A DNA stretch of 57,188 nucleotides, counting the filler, from Bipalium vagum (Eukaryota), in the NCBI GenBank assembly GCA_037834085.1. It is 3 parts of 3 records of this genome, joined end to end, with 100 filler letters (N's around TTAATTAATTAA, not from the genome) between each part and the next. Parts side by side here need not be neighbours in the genome. Positions count along the whole stretch, not along the records: positions 1 to 18,571 come from JBBMKC010025164.1; 2 more parts are not named here. The stretch is one strand, 5' to 3'. Shown one piece after another: positions 1-13,000 of the stretch. Both the position numbers and the translations under genes were made by a program. Under the pieces are notes generated by a model. The model worked only from the letters and a program-made list of their open reading frames with translations. It was not told the DNA's origin and searched no databases. Every line of letters begins with the position of its first letter. Position 1 is the stretch's first letter.

Positions 1-2442
1 CATGAAATCTAAAAATAGTAACATAAAGTTACTATAATTAAAAAAATAGAAAAATAAAATAATATAAATACTGAAGTATTTCAGTAGTAACACACAAAAA
101 ATAAATACGAAAAATAGTCTGAAATAGACAAGCTATTAAGGATAAAACCCGAAGGATTCCAGATAACAGTCATCAGAGCCATATTTGGCAAAACAGAACA
201 ATTCGGAATAATATTCAGAGCCATAAGTAGAGTGATATTAGGATCTGTATTCGACTCAATCGCCAAAACAAATCAGGAACTCCAAGTGAAGTCTACGGCA
301 ATAATTAAACGTATCAGGGTCCGGGATTCAAAAAGAAATAATATTCAGTAATTTATTTTATTATCGGAAATCTATTAGATTTGACTAAAAATCTACATAG
401 ATTTTTATTATTAAATTAAATAAAAACAATTTAAACTCTTGGTTTCACACTCATCCCATGTGAACCGATATTTAAATAAAACATAATAATAAAAATTAAA
501 AACTATAATTCGATTACTAATTATCAGTTATTAATTAAATTAAATAAATACTAAGGATTGGAGTGTTATCCAATACCTTAGGATCAAGTATTTGTTAATT
601 TTTGTCTTATTTCCAAGTATCTTCTTTTTTTTGTGTTCTTCACGTCAAGTAGGACGGAGAACCGAATTTTTATCTGAGGGCCCTTGAGAGTAAGATACTG
701 AAGGGTGTTCTGACTTCACTAATAACTCTTGTCTCAGGTTTTAACTTAAAAGTAAAATTGTAAAAATAAAAAAGTTGTTAGATTTATATAAAAAATATAT
801 TTTATAAAAAAACAACTTGTTATCTCAGTGAATCGATTGAAAGTTTATCGTTTATCGTTTTGAAAGTTAAAAGGTTTTGAAATCAGTATCTGTTTGAAAA
901 GTTCACTTTTAATAATCACCATTTTTATTGATTTCACTTCGAACGTACGAGCACTAAATCCTTCTGAATTTGCATATATTTTATGTTAAGTTCCTAAAAA
1001 GACCCATATCGATATTCTTAACCCAATAAACATAACAAGTCCACTATCGATATTCTTAACCCGATTAAATATTAATCAATAATAATCATTTTTATTTTTT
1101 CATAATAAATTATCTTTTTAGGTCTCGTTATATTTTAAAACTTAACAGACCCATTCCCTTTTTATGCGTAAAATACTAAATAAGTCTCTAATTGCGGATA
1201 TGACCAAATCTTGGCAATTCAACATTCGACATTTTCAAGATTAGAAATCAAAAATAAAAATATATTATTTTATTTTTATGACCATTCATACCCTTCAGCA
1301 GTCTTCTTAATTTGAAGGGATGTGATTTTGGCCAACCAAGAATCTTATAATTATTATTTCAAATCACCAAGAGTAATCAAAATAAATCAAAATGCATAAG
1401 TACATTAGATCATTCCAAGATGTTTTTCTGGAGCAAATGGAAACAATTATGATCACACATTATGATATTCTTACAAATTTTAATGGTTCTATTTGAAAAG
1501 CGTGATTAATAAAGCACACAGGTCTTTTCAGCTGTGGGATTAAGCTTTTTCTTTAAGCTTATCACCTCAAAAACCATCTTATCCAAATTCTTTTATTCAA
1601 AGTATTTAACATTATATTGGAATATTATAACCCAACATAATACATGTTTTGTTTATAACATGTTCCTAACAATATTTATAAGACTGGTGATTTGACATTT
1701 ATTTTCACATACTTCGATTATATAACACAATTCTGGACACCAACAGATCAGTCCAAGATCAATTATTTGTATCCCATGTTTTAATCGTCTGACAATTTTT
1801 ATTGTTTATTCTTTTAAAAATTAAAGTCCGTCAATATTTCGGAAACATTTAAATTTTTTACTTCATTTCCAACTACCTGACAGTTGGAAAAGATTTATTA
1901 TCCTACAAGATAGAACATCAAAATACTGGCACTCTCTTTCTACAGTAGAAAATAATAAAATTCCAGATATTTTAAAAAAATAAATAATGAAAAAAGATTT
2001 TGAAAATTATAGAAAACCCTTTCACACTCCCCTAAAAGCAACTTTCCGTGCGGATATGATATATCGATATTTTTATTAAACATTCAACCCAGTTTTAATC
2101 TTTTGGTATCAAGCGAAAGCTATCTATTGACTTGGCTAGATGTATTTTGCAGACATTCAACTTCAAATTAAATTTGGTCAACAGACAAAGGATTAATTCT
2201 AATATTTTCATTGATCAGTCGACAAAATCTGAAATGGAAATCTTAGTAAAACGCCCAACATTGGCAAACCATAAAGGTTATGTTTTTCATCATCAAAATA
2301 CAAAATATCCTTTTGGTGTATAAAATCTTCGGCCCAGACCACAATCTTTCCGATTATCCTTTACTTCGTTAATGTAAAACTTCTCGAATTGATATTTTGA
2401 AATGTGTAGGTCAATGCATTATTTAGGTAGCACGCCTTAAAA

Positions 2443-3507
2443 ATGTCTCATGATGACCAGCATATTCGACATGTTATTCTCTTTTATTTTCATAAAGGGA
2501 AAAACGCTACTCAGACACAAAAGAAGATATGATCAGTGTAGGGCAAAAATATAATAACCACTCGCATTTGTCAAAAGTGGTTCTAAAAATTTAACGAGGG
2601 AGATTTTTCTCTAAAAGATTAAGGTTGCTCAGGGCGGACATCTACGATCTATTAGATTTCATTGAAAAAAGACGATGCAGCACAACACGAGACATGTCAG
2701 AAATGTTAGATATAAGTCAGACGTCTGTACTTAATCACTTGGGAAAATTGGGCTACATCTCCTGTTAGGAAACTTTGGTACCTCATAAATTATCAGAAAA
2801 GAATATTAATGATCACCTTTCTGTTTGCAAATTATTATTGAAAAGGAACGAGAAAAGTCCCTTTTAAAGCAGCTAATTACAGGTGACGAAAATGGATCAT
2901 ATATAAAACTGAATAGATCATGGATAAAGAAAAACGATTCTACTATAGCAATCTAAAGGAAGTTTGTATAAAAAGTTTTACTTTCAATTAAGTGGAATTG
3001 GAAGGGCATTATTTAACACGAACTTCTTCCAAACAATGAAAAACTCTACGCTGATAAGTATTGTCATCAACTAGACGAATTTAAAGATGTAGTAAATAAA
3101 AAACGTTCAAAATTATCTAATCGAAAAGGAGTGATATTTCACCATGATAACGCAGACCTCATGTAGCAAAGAGTGTGCTGCGAAAAATTTCAGAGCTGGA
3201 ATGAAGTGTTAAGTTATCCAGCTTATTCCCCTGATACCGCTCTTTCAGATTAACATCTCTTCCGTTCCTTGCAAAATAGTTTAGATGGAAAAGAATATCG
3301 ATCTTTAGAAGATATCAGAATTCACCCGGACAAGTACTTCAGCCAACACAATTCTTTTCTGATGGTATCATGAAACTGCTCGAAAGATGGATACAGATAA
3401 CCGATCATAATGGTGTATATATTGTATAATAAATTTATAAATGTTACTTATAAGACTTCTTTAAAACATATACAAAAAAACGAACGAACTTTCAGTTCAA
3501 CCCAATA
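2443..3507 (+). mobile_element. Decayed mariner (DD34D) transposon: near full-length pseudo-transposase plus 3' TIR
   Basis: Frameshifted translation gives MSHDDQHIRHVILFYFHKGKNA..., QKWF..F.EGDFSL.D...SGR, LVPHKL (WVPHEL), LITGDE.WI, FHHDNARPH and YPAYSPD.ALSD.HLFRSLQNS. It ends ...cgaactttcagttcaacccaa-TA. The 5' TIR was not found. Confidence 0.92.
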
Positions 3508-3668
3508 CAACCTTTATTAATGATGACGTTAAATATGACTTTTTGTAATTTTTATTGATAATCTCAAACGATGAATCAGTTCAACCCAATCGTTTGAGAT
3601 TATCTATAAAAATTACAAAAAGTCATATTTGACGTCATCATTAATAAAGGTTGTATTGGGTTGAACTG
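3493..3668. repeat. Inverted repeat/hairpin, 80-bp arms (78/80 identical), 16-nt loop
   Basis: 3493-3572 is the reverse complement of 3589-3668 with 2 mismatches by eye. Confidence 0.95.
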
Positions 3669-3669
3669 C

Positions 3670-3787
3670 TTTCTGAAAGACGACAGCAGTTGCTTGATAA
3701 AGATGGACAATTAATAATATAAGACTATATTATTCCATGTCTTTTATTTCTTCAAAATAACCACCAATTACTTTCTTGCCAACCCAG
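3670..3787 (+). mobile_element. 3' end remnant of a second mariner element
   Basis: Encodes ERRQQLLDKDGQ (like the mariner C-terminus ERWQKV.D..G.Y), followed by the TIR-like caattactttcttgccaaccca. Confidence 0.6.
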
Positions 3788-4032
3788 TGGTTTCATTTTA
3801 CTTTATATATTAAGAGAACGTGAAGTCTTCGGTAAAATGTATTAAAATCTTAGTGGCATTTTTACAAATAAATAAATTGACATAATGAAAAATCATTTTA
3901 CAGACGGCATAATATCAGTGACAAAAACAAATCCAAAACGTCCAATTAACATTCAAAAGTTCAAAGGAAAAATCATTGATTTTTTAACTACAAAAATAAT
4001 TTTCAAAAATCAACAATTTCAAGTCGATTCCT

Positions 4033-7000
4033 TTATTCGTGCTTGTGAATCCTGACATTGAGTTTGTGTAATCCTTCAGTCCTGGCATCATTTATTTCGC
4101 TATACTCAATCTTGGGAATATATTTGACTTTTTGAGAAATCAATGAGGCACTGGCTGGAACAGGTTCCACGTTGTGATTGGTTCCCAAATCATGAATCGG
4201 ATTGTAGTCTTCAAACATCTTCGGATCTAAAGAAACCAAAGGAACATCACAATTTAGAACATTTTGAGAGTCTGTTCCTTTGGGAAATGAAATTACACAA
4301 TTGTTTTGGGGTTTAGTATTCAAAATCAAGTTCGTAGCATCTAAGTAATTAAGAACTGTGGATGCTTCATTGGTTTGATTTCCATTCCTGGAGTCATAGT
4401 TCTTTGGAGGTATGGAAGGTAAAGTCGATTCCGGACTTAAAGTTCTTGACGATGTTGGAATTATGTGGTTTTCTGAAATAGTTAATCGTTTTGGCACTTG
4501 AGGAGGATCTGTTGATTTTGAGTCCTTTACACAATTAATATAAGTTGTACAAGTAATATATAATTCACTTTGAAAGTGACTGTTTCGTTAAAATTTATCA
4601 GTTCCGTTACGGAAGGATTAGTGTTGGAGGAAGAATAACAACTGCTTGTGCTTGAAGAATCATCATTCTTAATTCTCGAAGGCAATTCAAAATTAAAATC
4701 GCTATCATGGTCGTTGTCCTTGTCCTTGTCTTTGTCATTGTCGATATCACTAGAAAATGATAATGGTTTACAAAATCATAAAAGAATTAAGGAGAGAAAT
4801 ATTTCATGGCTATATATAAACGTACATATATAATAATAATCCTGAGAAAAGAGACGTTAAGATTTAAGGACCTGCAGAATATTGACCATAAAATTTAAAG
4901 AACATTGAAACTTCGCACTTATTAACGTACAGTTTCATTAAAAATATTTTAATAAATTAAAGAAAATAAAATATTTTTATGAAAACGGGCATTCGAAAAA
5001 TAATAATTTAATATTATAATAAAAAAATAAATATTAAAAATAATGATTTGTTTTAATTATGCGAAATAAATGGCGGAAAATATGAAAAATTATTTTATCA
5101 AATTTATAAATACCAATAAAATGATTTTGAAAGAAAAGAGTGATTGTTTAATTTTCAAAGAAATGAAATTTAATATTGATTTACTTTCCGAAAGCACTTA
5201 TCATAATTATTTTCTCTCGAATTGAGGAAGAAATAGATTATTTCTTAATTCAAACTCGTTATCAAACTTTTCATTAATGGAATTCTAATTGTGACCGAAA
5301 AAAGATAATTGTGGTAAGCATGAAAGAAAAAAATGACGCTTTTGTTAAAGTTTTTCAACAGATACTTTTATTTTACAAGACAATACTCACGAACAAAAAT
5401 AAAATCCATTGTTTTGAAATACGCTGGGCTATCTTTAGGATTTATTGTTCTTTTGTTCGACCTTTTTACTTGCGGTGTTAGCCTTTTTATTTCTTATAAA
5501 AAATAGTTAGTCAAATAAGTCGAAAAGTAAAAAAATTCCGGTTGGAAGGTAAAGGGTGGTTCGTGATTCTCATATTTATAAGAAGTTGGAGGTGAGGAAT
5601 TTTTATCACATCTAAAATCAGGCCTCAAAAGAGACCTGACAATTTGGTAAATGTCGTTGGACTACCAACTGCTGAGAAGCCCTGAGAGAACAATCACTTG
5701 CACCTATCTATCAATCTTTTCAAGGGGTTTGAGGTGAGGTAGATTGCTGTATTTGTCTTTTCGAAGAAAATGTGAGATTGAGTAAAACAAATGAAAATCA
5801 GAAACTGAAACATCTAGAGAGTACAGCGGATGTGATAATAGTTCAGCTGTTGCTAGTTGCCATTGATTTCCGTGAAGCAGAAGACTTTGTGTTTTCGACT
5901 GATTAAAAAAGTATATTTCTTGTCATAAATTCATGTAATCTCTTCAATTGGACTGAATAAATATCCGAGTTTAAATTAATATCACCTGGAAGAAGTTCAA
6001 AAAAGAGGATTCCATCACACCTCTAAAAATAAGAAATGATCATTTTCCAAATCAATGTACTTTAGGACAAGAAATGGGCTGCTTATTTGTAGGTAACCAT
6101 TGTAATTTTCTGTTTTGGTTATTTAATAAGACGCACTTTTTATCTATGGAAAAAGTACTTTTAAAAATCGTCATCCGATGGGCTTTTTAAAAGTGAATTA
6201 TAAATTTCAAACAGTTTATTTCTTTGACTAATAAATTTCATAGTGGTCGATGATTTGAGGAGCGATTCTTCCCAAAAAATGATTGGCATTAACTATATTT
6301 TTCATTGGATAGTGAACCATAAAGAATCAACCTCAGTGGTTAATTGATGAAGTAAACTAAGACGGATTGGATTCAACATATTCTTTCAAGATATCTTCAT
6401 CAAAAACAGATACCCTTACGTTGACAATGGAGGTATTTATCACCAGATTTGAACTTTGCAGGCAACTGTATGGCTGTCCTCTTGGTGATCTTATGTGGCC
6501 CTTCCACTTCAGTAATAAAGCGCAAGACTTCCGACGAGGAAAAATATTTTTCCAATAATATTATTAATATTAATTATTAAATCTCATATTTACGGTCATA
6601 TTTGGCGCTAAAAATAGAATATTAAAACAAACTGGTATAAAATAATTTATCACTATACATATTTAGAGAATTAAGCAAATTGTAAAAGTAATAAACAATT
6701 TCACATCTCTTCATACACAAAAGATATGTTCCATATAAGTCTATAACAATAAACATTTTAGGGGACAACATAATATTATTGTAAAATGAAAATAATATAA
6801 ATTATAATAAAAAATATATCGCGTCATGTTAATATGGTCACCACGTCAGAATTCCATCAAAATATCAAGATTTTTACACTCACTTTCTATATTAAAAAAT
6901 TGTAGAGTAAAAGTACAAGAAGTCTTGGATGACCGATATACACTATAATTTTAAAAAGTGACATTTGTGCTCGTTAGAAATGAACAGTTCAAAAGAGAAT

Positions 7001-10000
7001 GTAATACATGACAATGAAAGGTTTCACGCAGCAAAACCTATCATGAAACTCACTATTCATTGCTTCTTAGCATTATCATTTTTTAATCTATCGGATCGCA
7101 GAACATGAAAAATTATGAAATATGAAAGAATTCTGACGATGTCAAAAATTGAATAGATGTCCTGAAGCACATAACTTTCGATGATAGCTTTGATAAATTG
7201 CCCAAATAATCAATGGTGAAAATTATTTTTTAATACAAATTTACGTTTGTTTTAACTTTTAAACAATATCGGTCAGTGGTCTTGTATACTTAATAGCAAA
7301 TATGCACATATTGATTTCATTAAGAACAATGTAGATTTGTCAGATACCTGCCTTATTTAAATATTAAATAAGCTTCCGGATTAGATGCAGAAATAATATT
7401 ATAAAATAATAAAAATAAATTTCGAAAAATAAATAATTTTATTTTACCAATAATATTAAAACTGATTTTGACCAATTAAATTTGCCTTAAAAAGATACAC
7501 ATAACACAAATAGATTTAAATCTATTTAGAAATTTATTTAAGAAAACCTTTTATAATTTCCATCGAATTTTTGTAAAAGTTTTAATTATTTGTGAAATTA
7601 ACAAGAAATCGATCGATTATTATTTTCTTAACTTAACGAAATAATTAATTCAATGATAATTATATTATTTTTTCAAGAAAATTAAATCTAAACAAAATTT
7701 TGAGGTTTTTATTATTTAAATTAAAAAATATTCATTTGAAAACGATCTGTAAAATTATTTATAACAAAAAGGAAAAAATACTTACTGTAAATCGATGAAA
7801 TCTTTTGACTGGTTCTGATCGTTACCTAAATAAGGTAAATATTATTATTAAAAGATTATCAAAAATTCGAAATTGAAATAATGAAATATAAATTTTTATC
7901 GTTCTATAGGCAATTTCAGCAACAAAAGTCTGTTATTTTATTGGTCACTTTAGGAAAGACAATAGAATTCTAAAAGGTAGAGCAAAATCAATACCTTAGA
8001 CGACTCAGAGGAATTGTGCCATATCTGGATCAAATTAATAAAAAGGAAATAAAATTCCAATTTCAGTAATAACAGAAGGTCTTTAACAGATCATCACAAA
8101 ATACATATAAATTTCTCTATCAATACATTAACGTGTAGGGTTTCAGACGTTGATAATTATATATAATATAAAAAATATTTTTATATATTGTAATTATTAT
8201 TATATTAAAGCTTGTCGATATACTTGGTGTCATTGATTTGTCGAGTGTGATCTGATCAAATCCGAGTAAAAGACATTATTCATATTTAATAAAATTCTTC
8301 TCTACCAATTATAAGATCCAATATTGGTGACCTCAACGTGAGCAAAGAGTATTGCAAAAAATTATAATGACAAAGGATAAATGTAATAATAAGTAAAATG
8401 ACAGTTTGTCTAACAAGATGAAGAGAATTCAAATAGAAAATGGTGGATGTCCTCCCACGATGTAAATAACTATTGGGTTAGGTAAGAAGTATTTTCGTTA
8501 TTTTGTAAAGAATAATATTGAAAGTATAAATCACTTAGAACATATATTTTTAAATACCCTAAATAGCGAGCCCATTGTAAGTACGTTATTCTTTTAAAAA
8601 TTATCCTTGAGTTTAAATTATAGAAAATATGGTGCATATATTGATGAAAAAAATTTTTATAATAATAAGAAACCGACTTGAATTTTTCTTAAAAATTGGA
8701 AGACTTCTTACTGAACCCAATAATTCTAAATACCATGCAACATCAATTACTTCATAATATAAATAAATAAATTGAAAAATAGTACTGTTTCTGCATCTCA
8801 TACTTAAAATGAGAATAAGACTGACCTAACAAAGCTAAGAAAGAAAAAATGTTCATGTCAATATTGAAAAGGGGTTCTTAAATTTGAGTAATCGTCTGAG
8901 TCAAAATGTTGTTGATGAAATCGCTCTGCTTTTTTGCATATGACAAGATTAAATCTCGTAATATGTTTTGTACTGTGTCTGCTGCTGTAAGTCACACTTG
9001 TTTAATCTTGTTTCGTTTTAAAGTCTGTCTCTAAACACGTCTGACAAATAACGGATGCTTTTTTCACAATAATTAATTATCACAAGCAAGAATAAAAGAT
9101 ACAAGATTTTCAGGCCCTGGTTGCACATTTTTCGACCAAAACTTATTTTAACCGCTCAAAAAAAGAAAATTCCGTTATATGGTGAAAATCAAGAATAAAT
9201 TCCTCCGAAGTCATCCCGAAAACGATTAAATGTTATTTTAAAAATATTTCATTATTAATAACCATAAAAATTAATTAATAATAATTGGTCGTTAATATTC
9301 GGAAATGTTGCTGGATAATTGATAAAGTCGCAGTTTAGAAATACAAATAGAAAATCAAAACCATTTCTTATTTTATTGATCATTTCTTCAGCTTTCAGCA
9401 GTTTCTCTTTGGATTTGCCATTCACCGGTTTGGATTCTGTGCTGAAATCATTCCCGAAGAACATCTGGCAGACATTATTGGGAGTTTTCAGCTCGTCTCC
9501 CAGATTGAAATATGAATGGGGCTGATTTGCTTCGCAAGGAAACTGAAAAATGGAAAAACCAAAGTAAATCACAATTTGTAAACGGAAGTACAACATATTC
9601 GTAGTATATAATAAACGGAGGTGGACTTCGCTTCATCCGCAAATTTTCAAGTTTACATTTAATCCTAGATTTTAGTAACTTTGGTTGGTAAAATAAATAT
9701 TAACTGATTTACTCGATTTACTGCTACAATCATTATAACTTGATTGTGATTACCAGTGTTGTTTTATATTAACATATAGTATAATAAACAAACTGGTCAT
9801 TACAAAAATACGAGAGCTAATTATAGTGAACAAGTACTAATAATTAAAGATGAGGAGAAAACTTTACAAAAATTAGATGACACTAAGGAAAACTATTGGG
9901 CGTGACTGATTACATTTATATATACTATGACACGCACTGAATTAATTTCAATCATATGTCGAGGGAAATGGTAATCGTAGCGCTTCAAATACCACCCCTG

Positions 10001-13000
10001 AACATGATGATCGTAAAACGGATATCACAACAAGGAGTATGAGATCAGAAAATCAATGAAATCATGATATAATAAAGTCCAGAGATTTTTGAAAAGATTT
10101 TCAGTCTAATATTCTGGTCCATATCAAAGACATACAGTCCTCCTGACATTGAAATGAAATTATTAAATTCATTCTTCTTGCGACTGTCTCAATGCCCAGG
10201 CAGTCAGGCGATAATCATATCACATGTTAATTAAAAATATTAACATTTATCAGAAAAAGTCAACAAGTCTGAAGAAAATTTATTAAAGTCGACTTTATTT
10301 CTACTTTTAGATCAATTTCAAAGAACAAATGAGAAATTTTTGAAAAATTCGATTTATAAATAATTTTAAAAAATCTCAGATTCAATTGGACATTTTTATT
10401 AATTAAAACAAAAAAATATTCTTCATTTCTTTTCATAGTTTTAATTCTTTTAAATAATTCGATTATTTCATACATAAATGTGCTGAAATGTCCAGGAATA
10501 TTGCAAATATCGTCGAGCGAGTATGATTGGCAGTTAATGAAAAAATATTCAGTTTCTTTTCCAAACGATTATAATATTATTTTCCCAAATTATGAGTATT
10601 AAGACAGAGAAATTCATTAAAATAAATCTTTTTCCATTATTGACTTTGAGAGATTATGTTACTTTTTAAAATAGTGAAATAGTTATTGTGAAAATCTTTA
10701 ATGAAATCATCAAACCAATAAGAATTAAATTATTAAAAACATTCTTTTTTTATTAATCTATTCAAAATGAATTTATGTTGAAATCAAACCATTCATAATG
10801 CTTCATTCTGCAGGGTGTATAATAACTAGGGATCAGATTTTAAAACGATTCAAAACATTTTATTTTTGAATGTTATGTAACCAACTTCATTTAAAAAAAA
10901 ATTTTTTTTGATGTGTTTAATTGTTTTAATAAGTTAATATAATCTCATTTAGGTACAAAAATTGAAAAGATTTCTCAGATTTATGAAGAGCGTTCCATGA
11001 CATTTATATGCTGCTAAAGTAATTGGATAATTTTAAAGCAATATATAATTTGTCTGAGAACAAGATCAAAATTGAACTGGACCTGCCCTACTTATTAGTC
11101 GTTTGAAGTTAGACGTTGTTGGACAGTAAATATTACGGAAGACGAGTTAGAAAAGGATGACTGTACAATAAGGCTGTGAGATCATCAGATCTTTCCTCTG
11201 GGTATATATAAAGACAAAGGTTTGTAGAAAAAGAAGCTAAAAGATCTGAAGAAAAGGCAGCTAACATATCACCAACAATACTAATAATTCTTTTTATTGT
11301 CTATCACAAAATTGTATTAGTGTTAATCGATATTCTGTTGAAAAATATTAATTTTTAATGCCAAAATTTGCAGTGTGATTTTAAGTGTGATTTTATTTTA
11401 ACAATATTAAATTTTACAGTCTGACAATTCTTACCCTGTAAATAATTAAAAATGTTTTACCGGAGATTAGCAACTTTAGATACCTAGGTGTCGTTTTGTT
11501 GTTAAAATAATTTCTGGAAATTTCAGAAAATCTTACACCCAAAGGAAATGGTTTATTTATATCATTTTTTATTTATACAGTCAACCCTGACTGTTTTTCG
11601 TTTTTTCGGAGAAATGATTTTAGAAAGTGAGAAATAGACAGGGAAAGTAAAATTGATTATAGATATGTTCAAACAATCATTATAATAAATCTTTATTTAA
11701 ACCATTTAACTGTCCGATAGACTCTTCATCTCTTGCTAACATGAATTCTTTAAATTTAAAAATCCCTCAAAAGCGTTATCAAATGTAAGTCTTTCAAGTT
11801 TCAAGTCAATTATGAAAATGTCAGTAGAATACTCTGTTTCTCCAATACACTTGGATGGACTGCTCATTATTCTCATATTTATGAATATGTTAACAAGGGT
11901 TTCTTTTTTGGCTAATTCAAAAATGAATTTATTTGCGGTTATCAAATCGTCTACAATTTCTCTTTATTTTATAAAATTAAGGTTTGACAAGCAATATATA
12001 GCATGTCTACGAATGTCTCAAAAAATCCTTCCAAGAAGTTCGAATCACAGATTTCTGATTTACATTGTCAAAAAATTCATATCTCGTTTCAATAATAAAA
12101 AGAACAAACAATAAAGAAGTTCCGGATATTTATAATCTTTTATAATTTGCACTGAAGTCCTCGGAAAATAATATTAAAAGTTTTCACAGAAACAAAATGA
12201 ACAGTCCAATTATTCTTTCTCTAACTTTCCATAAAAATCAATCTTATCGCAAAAATATTTCTAAAAATTTAGAAAAAATAATAACGAAACTCTAATTATG
12301 GGGAGATATTAATTTTTTTTCAACACAAAATTTTCATTATCAAAATTTCTGATAGTTCAAGGGAAACGCGAATAAAAAATTATCATATCATATCCTGTCC
12401 CATATTAATTTGGTTTATTAACAAATGAAGATTGGAATGATTATAGGAGAATATTAAATTTTCCTGAGAATGATCGATAGGCACTGACATTTCCCAAAAC
12501 TTTCAATTCAGTGTTTAAAGATTTTTTTTCAAATCTCCTCCAAAAACAAATAATTACTATGGAAACGAAAAATATTTTATCTGGCATTATCAAGTTTTTA
12601 AAAAAAAGAATAATTGCTAGGGTAAAGTTTTTTAACATTATTTTTTTACTTGAAGGCATAAAACGTAAATCACAAATAATAATAATAATAATAATAATAT
12701 CTAATTCTGTCAATAATTTGAAGATTTGTCGATAGATATGATCAAAAATTAAGAATGGACTGTTGAAAACAAAAGAAATTCGTCTCATAAATAAAATAAT
12801 AATAATAATTTAACTAATATTAGCCATCTTTTCATTTTCCTTCTTCATTAAGAAAAACAATATTATATTTCAATAGATGATGATTACTGAACAATCAGCA
12901 TCTGTGCGTACAATTATGAATTTGCTGAAATGAGACAGGATAATCAAATTATTAATATGTTCAGATGATGAGAACGATGATAATAATAATAATAATCATA

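Noticed and set aside
620-737. H/ACA snoRNA or ribozyme reading of the hairpins
   Set aside because: The second hairpin is too short and no convincing target was found; no hammerhead or HDV core.
990-2090. Possible Tc1-like relic with an 18-bp direct repeat (tatcgatattcttaaccc)
   Set aside because: Catalytic motifs are too decayed to support a call.
5520-6560. Slightly GC-richer stretch with integrase-like FIVVDD
   Set aside because: A single weak motif only.
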